Under the pieces are notes generated by a model that saw only the letters and a list, made by a program, of their open reading frames with translations, was not told the DNA's origin and ran no database searches. Below are positions 17,955-25,546 of a stretch of DNA of 64,000 nucleotides, one piece after another. Within the stretch, counting starts at the first letter, position 1, and each line of letters opens with the position of its first letter. This DNA is from Cyclobacteriaceae bacterium. Its GTDB lineage: Bacteria; Bacteroidota; Bacteroidia; Cytophagales; Cyclobacteriaceae. The stretch spans positions 11,439 to 75,438 of the forward strand of contig JAHEGY010000006.1 in NCBI GenBank assembly GCA_024644875.1. Reading direction: 5' to 3'. The position numbers were made by a program, and so were the translations under genes.

Positions 17955-18887
17955 ATGACATATAGCCCACCGTGGTATTTATTCAACAAACACCTGGAAA
18001 CCATTTATCCCGCTTTATTTCGAAAGGTTAATAACGGTTCGAATGCCTCAGAAAGGTTGCCAACTAAAGATAAAGACTTTATTGATTTGGATTTTTATAA
18101 TGTTCGGTCAAAAAAGACAGTAATTCTTAGTCATGGGTTAGAAGGTAATAGTAAGAAACCCTATATGATCGGGATGATAAATATATTCTTAAATGCTGGT
18201 TTTAATTGTGTCGCCTGGAACTTCAGGGGATGTTCAGGGAACCTCAACAGGCATCCTTATTCCTACCATAGCGGAGCTACTCAGGACCTTGAATACATCA
18301 TAGAGAAAACTAAATATAAATTTCCCCTTTCCAAAATCTACTTGATAGGATTTAGTTTAGGCGGGAATCTAACTCTAAAATATCTGGGTGAAAATTCTTC
18401 AAATCCAAGAATTGAAAAAGCTATTGCGGTTTCGGTACCACTTGACTTACATCAGAGTTGCCTGGAAATATCGAAGAAATCAAACTGGATATATACAAGA
18501 AAGTTTTTAAAAACACTCAAAAGAAAGATCTCGGAAAAGGCATTACTATTTCCTGGTGAAATCAATGTATCAGGCATCAAAGAAATTACCAATCTAATGG
18601 AATTTGATGACCGCTATACTGCTCCCTTACATGGGTTTAAAAACGCCATGGATTATTATACGCAATGTAGTTCAATAAATTTTTTGGAGAAAATCTCAGT
18701 CCCTACATTGATAATTAATGCCAGGAATGATCCATTTTTATCTCAGGAATGTTATCCGGAAAATATTAATACAGGTTTTATAAAATACGATTATCCGCCA
18801 TTTGGAGGACATCTTGGATTTAAGATGTCCGGATATAAAAATAAATACTATCATGAAATAAAATCATTGGAATTCCTTTCCAAGTAA
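17955..18887 (+). CDS. Alpha/beta-fold hydrolase (YheT/ABHD-like)
   Basis: Nucleophile elbow GFSLGGN, an HGLEG oxyanion region, and the C-terminal GGHLGF motif typical of this subfamily. Confidence 0.8.
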   Translation: MTYSPPWYLFNKHLETIYPALFRKVNNGSNASERLPTKDKDFIDLDFYNVRSKKTVILSHGLEGNSKKPYMIGMINIFLNAGFNCVAWNFRGCSGNLNRHPYSYHSGATQDLEYIIEKTKYKFPLSKIYLIGFSLGGNLTLKYLGENSSNPRIEKAIAVSVPLDLHQSCLEISKKSNWIYTRKFLKTLKRKISEKALLFPGEINVSGIKEITNLMEFDDRYTAPLHGFKNAMDYYTQCSSINFLEKISVPTLIINARNDPFLSQECYPENINTGFIKYDYPPFGGHLGFKMSGYKNKYYHEIKSLEFLSK

Positions 18888-18935
18888 AATAAAAATGCGT
18901 TTTATTAGTTTTAAAAATAGTCTATAGTCGTTATT

Positions 18936-19640
18936 ATGTGTGATAGATATACAATTACTGTCTTACCCTCCGATCTGGAATTATGGTTAAATGTAAAATC
19001 ACCATATAATTATAAACCTAGATATAATGCCGCCCCTTCTCAATTTCTTCCAATTATTACAGATAGTAATCCCCGTGAGATTATAATGGCAAGATGGGGT
19101 TTTTTGCCAAGTAAAAGTTCGGATACAGGCATTAGTCCTAAACTTTATAACAAACCGCTTGATATAATCAAATCCAGTAGTGTTTGGCAAAAGTCATTAT
19201 ATTCTAAACGATGTCTTATATTGGCTGATGCATTCTATGAATGGAAAAACGTAGGAAAAGATAAAAAAATCCCATATAGAGTATTTCCCAAGCAAAAAAA
19301 ACTTATCTGTTTTGCTGGTCTTTGGGATGAACTTACTGACTATAATAAAAATACTCAGGTAATATCTTTTATGATGATTACCCGATCAGCCTATAAACCA
19401 GTAAATGAAATAAGTGGAACTATGCCGGTAATCATAGAATCTGGTAAAGAGATGAAATGGTTGCAAGGGATAAACCTGAGTAATGATAAACTTATGGATA
19501 TGATGGAAATTGAAGACTGGGCACTTTTAGAACATCATCCGGTATCTCCTGTAGTAGAAGACATAAAAATTGATAACCCAGACATAATTAAACCTGTACC
19601 ACCTTCAGATCAGTATGGTAATTATACACTATTTGATTGA
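18936..19640 (+). CDS. SOS-response-associated peptidase (SRAP / YedK / HMCES family)
   Basis: The N-terminal MCDRY places the catalytic Cys2. It is followed by RYNAAPSQ, RWGF and FYEW blocks characteristic of SRAP proteins. Confidence 0.85.
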   Translation: MCDRYTITVLPSDLELWLNVKSPYNYKPRYNAAPSQFLPIITDSNPREIIMARWGFLPSKSSDTGISPKLYNKPLDIIKSSSVWQKSLYSKRCLILADAFYEWKNVGKDKKIPYRVFPKQKKLICFAGLWDELTDYNKNTQVISFMMITRSAYKPVNEISGTMPVIIESGKEMKWLQGINLSNDKLMDMMEIEDWALLEHHPVSPVVEDIKIDNPDIIKPVPPSDQYGNYTLFD

Positions 19641-20821
19641 TGAATATAATAATACATAGGATTAATTATTTCTCAATCATTCTGTTCATACAGCTATTTG
19701 TATTGTCAATTAGAATGATGGCGCAAATCCCATTGCATTCAAGCAATGAAGTTTCATTACAGGAGATCATCGATTATAACCTTGTAAAATTACAGACTGA
19801 TCCACAGGACTTCAATGCGGCAATTTCGCTGGTTGAATCATACTACCGTTATGAAGATTTCCAGAAATGTATATTGTATGCGAATATCTCAGAAGACATA
19901 TTGCTTAATCTGAAAAAATCAGATAATAGACACAAGAACCATGAATTTTTTATGTTTTATATTTACCAGTCGAGGGGTAAATCCAGGCATAAACTGGGCA
20001 TGTTAAAGAGAGCGATGGCCGAATACGATAAGGCTTTATCCTACAACGGAACAGATGGTGACCTTTTAATTGACATCGGAAACCTCTACTATAATCAATC
20101 TGAATATGATTCGGCTATGTTATATTTCCGGCTTGCCGAACAATTCGACTCCTTAAGTTTCAAGTCAAAATTTAATATCGCCAATGTTTATTATGTACGC
20201 AAAAACTATGACAGTGCATTGTACTATTATGATGCAAGTCTAAAGATTAACTCAAATTTTGCCTATGTATATTTTTACAAAGGAACCATACATAACGAAT
20301 TGGGCAAGCATGAGTTAGCGATAACTGATTTCAATAATGCTATAAACCTGTGGCCTGAAAATCCACAAATATACTATCAAAGAAGTCTGGCATATATGGC
20401 ATCAGGAAATTATAAATATGCCTTGAATGACCTCGATAAAGTTTTACTAAATGATAGCGCTAATTATGATGCACTTCGGAAACGAGCCCAATCAAACCTG
20501 ATATTAAAAAATTATGAAACTGCTGAATCTGACCTTAATCGATTAATAAGAATCAATCAAAACGAAATTGAAGGTTACTTTCTAAGGGGAAATTATTTTC
20601 TTCAGAAAAAAGATTATGATCGAGCAATCCAGGATTATAATGAAGCCAAACAAAAAGGTTTTGATCTTCCTGAATTATATTATTATTCCGGGTATACAAA
20701 TATGAAATTGAAAAATTTAAACGAAGCATGTTCGGATCTATCTGAAGCAAATAAAGGGGGGATTGAACTGGACAGGAAGATGCAAAGATTTTTCTCGAAA
20801 TGTTTACAAGAAATAGATTAA
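19637..20821 (+). CDS. Tetratricopeptide-repeat protein with N-terminal signal/anchor
   Basis: Repeated TPR-like A..Y/N..A..D units run through the sequence. The likely ATG at 19640 overlaps the SRAP stop (ATGA). Confidence 0.75.
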   Translation: MMNIIIHRINYFSIILFIQLFVLSIRMMAQIPLHSSNEVSLQEIIDYNLVKLQTDPQDFNAAISLVESYYRYEDFQKCILYANISEDILLNLKKSDNRHKNHEFFMFYIYQSRGKSRHKLGMLKRAMAEYDKALSYNGTDGDLLIDIGNLYYNQSEYDSAMLYFRLAEQFDSLSFKSKFNIANVYYVRKNYDSALYYYDASLKINSNFAYVYFYKGTIHNELGKHELAITDFNNAINLWPENPQIYYQRSLAYMASGNYKYALNDLDKVLLNDSANYDALRKRAQSNLILKNYETAESDLNRLIRINQNEIEGYFLRGNYFLQKKDYDRAIQDYNEAKQKGFDLPELYYYSGYTNMKLKNLNEACSDLSEANKGGIELDRKMQRFFSKCLQEID

Positions 20822-20870
20822 AAGTTTTACTTTTAGTTTGATAAAGATTTTTGAATTGAATTTATAAAAT

Positions 20871-21938
20871 ATGAAAAATAGCATAATCGCTGGTGTTGGT
20901 CACTTTGTTCCTGAAACGGTCGTAAAGAATGCTGATTTGGAAAAAGTTATGGATACTTCCAATGAGTGGATCATTGAAAGGACAGGAATTGAAGAGCGCA
21001 GATATGGTAAAAAGCATGAAGAAACTTCAACTACCATGGGTGCCAGAGCCGCTGAGATGGCTATAGAAAATGCTGGGATAAATAAGGAAGATATTGATTT
21101 CATTATTTTCGCTACCCTGAGCCCAGACTATTATTTCCCTGGAAATGGGGTTTTACTTCAGAGGGAGCTGGGTATAACCAACACTGAGATAGGAGCTTTA
21201 GATATAAGAAACCAATGTTCCGGTTTTGTATATGGTTTATCCGTTGCCGACCAGTTTGTCAAAACTGGAATGTATAAAAACGTACTACTTGTTGGCGGTG
21301 AAATGCATTCAATGGGACTTGATTTCAGTACCAGGGGCAGAAATGTGACTGTAATCTTTGGAGATGGGGGCGGTGCTGTTGTTGTACAACCCACCGAAGA
21401 TAAGAACAGGGGAATTTTGACCACCCATATGCATAGCAATGGAACTTTTGCTGAGAAACTCGCATTTATCAGTCCGGGTGCACATAGTGGATACTATCAG
21501 AAATACACCGAAGAAGAAATAAATTATGGTTTTCCCCAAGATGTTCTTGGAGAAGTATTCGTAACCCAGAAAATGGTTGATGAAGGCATGCTTTATCCTC
21601 ATATGGAAGGTCAATTTGTATTTAAAAATGCAGTAGTAAAATTCCCAGAGGTAATAATGGAGGCTTTTGAAAAATCGGGTGAATCGTTGGACAATCTTAA
21701 GCTCCTCATTCCGCATCAGGCCAACCTTCGTATTTCGCAGTTTGTGCAAAAAAGATTAGGATTGAAGGATGAACAAATATGGAATAATATTCAAAAATAT
21801 GGTAATACAACCGCCGCTTCTATTCCAATTGCTTTAAGTGAAGCTGTTCAGGCGGGTACGGTTAAAAAAGGCGACCTCGTTTGTCTGGCTGCTTTTGGAA
21901 GTGGATTTACATGGGCTTCAGCCCTTATCAGGTGGTAA
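20871..21938 (+). CDS. fabH: Beta-ketoacyl-ACP synthase III
   Basis: Active-site Cys in RNQCSGFVYGL, His in IPHQANLRI, and Asn in GNTTAASIP. Confidence 0.92.
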   Translation: MKNSIIAGVGHFVPETVVKNADLEKVMDTSNEWIIERTGIEERRYGKKHEETSTTMGARAAEMAIENAGINKEDIDFIIFATLSPDYYFPGNGVLLQRELGITNTEIGALDIRNQCSGFVYGLSVADQFVKTGMYKNVLLVGGEMHSMGLDFSTRGRNVTVIFGDGGGAVVVQPTEDKNRGILTTHMHSNGTFAEKLAFISPGAHSGYYQKYTEEEINYGFPQDVLGEVFVTQKMVDEGMLYPHMEGQFVFKNAVVKFPEVIMEAFEKSGESLDNLKLLIPHQANLRISQFVQKRLGLKDEQIWNNIQKYGNTTAASIPIALSEAVQAGTVKKGDLVCLAAFGSGFTWASALIRW

Positions 21939-21961
21939 AGCCAGGTTCAAATTAAAATATC

Positions 21962-22186
21962 ATGAAAACAAAATCATATAACCCGAGCCCTCTTGAAGTT
22001 GAATTCGTCAATGTGATCGAATCTCTTCAGCAAAATATTAATGAAAAACTCGAAAACAGTGAGATTCGATCTTTTGAGCATAATCTGGAAATTGACAATC
22101 CGATTTTGAAAGCTAATATTATTGATGATGACGGAGATAAGCATACCGTGATTTTAAGAGTAATTCAGAAGCCCGATGATTTTTAA
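21962..22186 (+). CDS. Small acidic hypothetical protein
   Basis: 74-aa ORF 23 bp after fabH, followed by a terminator. No recognised family. Confidence 0.45.
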   Translation: MKTKSYNPSPLEVEFVNVIESLQQNINEKLENSEIRSFEHNLEIDNPILKANIIDDDGDKHTVILRVIQKPDDF

Positions 22187-22198
22187 CCATAATCATGT

Positions 22199-22227
22199 AA
22201 TCAGTTATTAAACAAAACTGATTTTTT
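22199..22227 (+). terminator. Intrinsic terminator after fabH and the small ORF
   Basis: AATCAGTT (22199-22206) pairs with AACTGATT (22216-22223) across a 9-nt loop. The T-run extends through 22227. Confidence 0.6.
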
Positions 22228-22343
22228 AAGATATTTAAGTATCCATTGAAAAAAAATTTTTATTATGGGTTTACCTTTCCTCTATTGTTAGTATTTATAG
22301 TCGGGAAGATGTGCCCAAAGTTTTTTTGTTTAATCTAAATTAA

Positions 22344-23108
22344 ATGAATATGAATGCAGGTATACTTTTATTCTTTCAATCATGGAAAGTTTGGATGCAA
22401 TTTGGTGCCGCAGCCAGCATAGCGCTTAGCTTTCTTGTTTTATTGTTTTATTTTGCCAGGCTAACGACCATAAAGGATCCCAAATCAAAATACGATTTCG
22501 TCAATCTCAACGAGATCAACTTCTTGATGATTGGGGGATATCTTTTAGTGATATCAGGTTGGTTTTTTCTTAATTCCCTTTTTGGCGATAAAGTGCAGGT
22601 TGAGGCTGGAATTTTTATTGCCAGGTTACTAGGCACCTTGATATTTGCTTCGATCTTTCTTGTCGTGGTGTACAATGTACTGAAAATTTATTATCCTTCA
22701 ATTCTTGAAAAGAAACTTCATAAATTGAGGTATACACCTAGAAAATCGCCGAACACGGGCAAGCCTATGAAACTTCTTAGTGAAGAAGAAGAGGATGTCT
22801 ATCTATCGGAAGGTATGCAAGCGGAGGAGGAAGTTTTTTCTGTGGATTATGATGTATGGATTGATGAAGAATCCAAATACACCCAGATCGAGAAATATGA
22901 TGGCCATCTACATGCTGAAAAATGTGAGAACTGCAATTTTCAAACATTGAAGGTGGTTAAAGAAGAAATTCTTACCTCACCGACTACCATTGAAAAGGGT
23001 GAATTGATGAAGTATTATGAGTGCACATATTGCAATCATAAAGAGAGGAAATTATTTACTATTGGCCGAATAAAAATATCTGAGGATTTGGAAAAAAGTG
23101 TTGTCTGA
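22344..23108 (+). CDS. Membrane protein with a C-terminal CxxC...CxxC zinc-ribbon-like domain
   Basis: Three to four N-terminal hydrophobic helices, an acidic linker (LSEEEEDVYLSEGMQAEEE), then CENC ...(about 35 aa)... CTYC. Confidence 0.6.
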   Translation: MNMNAGILLFFQSWKVWMQFGAAASIALSFLVLLFYFARLTTIKDPKSKYDFVNLNEINFLMIGGYLLVISGWFFLNSLFGDKVQVEAGIFIARLLGTLIFASIFLVVVYNVLKIYYPSILEKKLHKLRYTPRKSPNTGKPMKLLSEEEEDVYLSEGMQAEEEVFSVDYDVWIDEESKYTQIEKYDGHLHAEKCENCNFQTLKVVKEEILTSPTTIEKGELMKYYECTYCNHKERKLFTIGRIKISEDLEKSVV

Positions 23109-23139
23109 TATCCAGAGATAGAAGTATAAATCAAATCGA

Positions 23140-23676
23140 TTAGAGGGTTTCTACGATAAGATTATTGTTTGTATATATACAGATATCAGCAGCAATATTA
23201 AGACTTTCCTCAACTATATCTTTAGCGCTAAGGTCCGGGCTATGCTTTTTTAATGCTGTTGCAGCAGCCAGTGCATACATGCTTCCCGATCCGATAGCCG
23301 CAATCTGATTATCAGGTTCTATTACATCTCCATTTCCTGAGATCATCAGTATTTCCTGTTTATCAGCAACAATAAGCATGGCTTCAAGACGTCGCAGGAC
23401 TCTGTCAAGCCGCCAGTCCTTAGCTAATTCAATCGCCGCACGCTTCATATTTCCCCCATATGCACTGAGCTTTTCCTCGAACCTCTCAATAAGCGTAAAT
23501 GCATCTGCGGTAGAGCCTGCAAATCCAGCAAGGATCTTGCCATCAAGTAATTTCCGAATTTTTTTAACATTACTTTTGGCAACCGTATTTCCAAAGGTTG
23601 CTTGTCCATCAGCGCCAATAGCGATACTATTTTTGTGCTTTACTGCAATAACTGTGGTGGATTTGTATTTAGCCAT
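23140..23676 (-). CDS. hslV: ATP-dependent protease subunit HslV (CodW/ClpQ-like)
   Basis: TTVIAVKH...[12 protein letters not shown]...[13 protein letters not shown]...[11 protein letters not shown] is collinear with HslV/CodW. A 6-residue extension (MAKYKS) precedes the Thr-Thr. Confidence 0.92.
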   Translation of the reverse strand: MAKYKSTTVIAVKHKNSIAIGADGQATFGNTVAKSNVKKIRKLLDGKILAGFAGSTADAFTLIERFEEKLSAYGGNMKRAAIELAKDWRLDRVLRRLEAMLIVADKQEILMISGNGDVIEPDNQIAAIGSGSMYALAAATALKKHSPDLSAKDIVEESLNIAADICIYTNNNLIVETL

Positions 23677-23716
23677 ATCTTTTTAAGTTAATCACTTCAA
23701 TAACCGTTCCGGAGAT

Positions 23717-23746
23717 AAAAAAAGGTCCAATTTGTCAGGTGGACCT
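23717..23746 (-). terminator. Intrinsic terminator after the E2 gene
   Basis: AGGTCCA (23723-23729) pairs with TGGACCT (23740-23746). On the minus strand it is followed by TTTTTTT. Confidence 0.55.
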
Positions 23747-23769
23747 TAATAATAGGTGTAATAATGTCA

Positions 23770-25449
23770 TTAAATCAATATTCTAACCGGATCTTCTAGA
23801 ATCTCTTTGAAGGTCGACAGGAATGCGGCACCTGTGGCCCCGTCAACCACACGATGATCACAGGACAAGGTAACTTTCATTACATTTCCAGGGACTAGTT
23901 GTCCATCTTTCACGATTGCTGTTTCCTTGATGCCACCTACCGCAAGTATGCAGGCATCAGGTGGATTAATGATGGCTGTAAATTCTTCAATTCCAAACAT
24001 CCCGAGATTTGATATAGTAAAAGTATTTCCTTCCCATTCATTTGGTTGTAACTGCTTATTTCTTGCCTTTTCCCCCAGTTCTTTAACTTCAGCTGATATA
24101 TGAGAAAGACTTTTATTATCTGCAAACCGGACAACAGGTACCAGAAGTCCTTCATCTACTGCCACAGCAACACCTATATGAATATGGTGGTTGAACCGGA
24201 TCTTATCTCCCAACCAGGATGCGTTTACCTTAGGATGTCTTCTTAAAGAAGAAGCTGCAGCCTTTAATACGAGATCATTAAATGATATTTTCACCGGAGC
24301 TACCTCATTCATGCTTTTCCTTGCTGCGATGGCCTTATCCATATTAATCTCCATCGTGAGGTAAAAATGAGGTGCGGTAAACTTACTCTCAGCTAAACGT
24401 TTCGCAATAGTTTTCCGCATCTGAGAGACATTTATTTCCTCATAAGATTCTTCTCCAACGATCTGTGGTAACTGAACAGGAACTGATTTTTCACCTGGCG
24501 TAGAAGCACTGGTTGATACTGGCTCTTCTGCTGAAGGTGTATATGCTTCAACATCCCTTTTAATAATTCTTCCGAAATCTCCTGACCCATTGATTTTACT
24601 TAAATCATAGCCCAGATCCTTGGCGAGCTTTTTTGCAAGAGGTGATGCTTTTATCTTTCCATCAGGCCTGGCTTCCTTCACTGACTCCTTCTTGGCTTCT
24701 GGTTTTTCTACATCAGGTACCTTTTGCGAGCTTTCAGCTGCCTGAGCGCTTACTGGTTCTGAGGTTGAGGAATCTGATTCAGAAACTGTAGTTTTTGCCT
24801 TACGGGATTCAGCCTCTATGAGCTTTTGATAATCTGCACCCTTTTCACCAACGACAGCGATAATTCCATCAATAGCAACTGACTCTCCTTCCTTAACACC
24901 AATATATAGCAAAGTCCCATCCTCATAAGCTTCAAGTTCCATGGTGGCTTTATCCGTCTCAACTTCAGCAAGTATATCTCCAGATTTTACTGAATCACCT
25001 ACCTTCTTATGCCATGCAGCGATGGTACCTTCATTCATTGTATCACTCATCTTAGGCATGGTTATAAGAGATGCGTTAATTTCGGAGGAATCAAAATCAG
25101 GCAAATCCTCTGATTCCGGAACCGCCTCCTCTGAAATTTCAGGTTCTTTTTTGGACTCAGGTTTAGAAGATTCAGATTTCAATTCAGCCAAAAGATCATC
25201 AATATTCTCACCCTTTTCTCCTATTACGGCCAATACACCATCAACAGGTACCGATTGCTTATCCTCAACACCAATATACAATAATACCCCATCGTCATAA
25301 GCCTCTAACTCCATGGTTGCTTTGTCAGTCTCAACTTCGGCCAGGACATCTCCTGACTTAACCTCATCTCCAACTTTCTTTAACCACGAAGCGATCACAC
25401 CTTCCTCCATGGTATCGCTCATCCGGGGCATACGTATAACTTCAGCCAT
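23770..25449 (-). CDS. Dihydrolipoamide acyltransferase (E2 of a 2-oxoacid dehydrogenase complex, probably pyruvate dehydrogenase) with two lipoyl domains
   Basis: Two lipoyl domains, each with the EVETDKATMELEA lipoyl-lysine motif. Also a peripheral subunit-binding domain (ASPLAKKLAKDLG) and the catalytic DHRVVDG motif. Confidence 0.92.
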   Translation of the reverse strand: MAEVIRMPRMSDTMEEGVIASWLKKVGDEVKSGDVLAEVETDKATMELEAYDDGVLLYIGVEDKQSVPVDGVLAVIGEKGENIDDLLAELKSESSKPESKKEPEISEEAVPESEDLPDFDSSEINASLITMPKMSDTMNEGTIAAWHKKVGDSVKSGDILAEVETDKATMELEAYEDGTLLYIGVKEGESVAIDGIIAVVGEKGADYQKLIEAESRKAKTTVSESDSSTSEPVSAQAAESSQKVPDVEKPEAKKESVKEARPDGKIKASPLAKKLAKDLGYDLSKINGSGDFGRIIKRDVEAYTPSAEEPVSTSASTPGEKSVPVQLPQIVGEESYEEINVSQMRKTIAKRLAESKFTAPHFYLTMEINMDKAIAARKSMNEVAPVKISFNDLVLKAAASSLRRHPKVNASWLGDKIRFNHHIHIGVAVAVDEGLLVPVVRFADNKSLSHISAEVKELGEKARNKQLQPNEWEGNTFTISNLGMFGIEEFTAIINPPDACILAVGGIKETAIVKDGQLVPGNVMKVTLSCDHRVVDGATGAAFLSTFKEILEDPVRILI

Positions 25450-25470
25450 ATTTTTCTTGATTTAAGAAGG

Positions 25471-25478
25471 CAAAAATA
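25471..25478 (-). promoter_or_regulatory. Candidate Bacteroidota -7 promoter box (TAnnTTTG)
   Basis: The minus strand reads TATTTTTG, 22 bp upstream of the E2 start codon. Confidence 0.3.
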
Positions 25479-25546
25479 TATTTAATTATTCCCTTATTCA
25501 AATATACTATGGGAATTATCTAATGGTAGAATAATTTAATTTATTT

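Noticed and set aside
18036-18044. GGTTCGAAT, which resembles a tRNA T-loop.
   Set aside because: It lies inside the alpha/beta hydrolase CDS and has no flanking acceptor or anticodon stem complementarity.
24880-25449. An apparent tandem duplication of about 330 bp inside the E2 gene.
   Set aside because: It corresponds to two lipoyl domains with diverged nucleotide sequence, which is a normal architecture for E2 acyltransferases.
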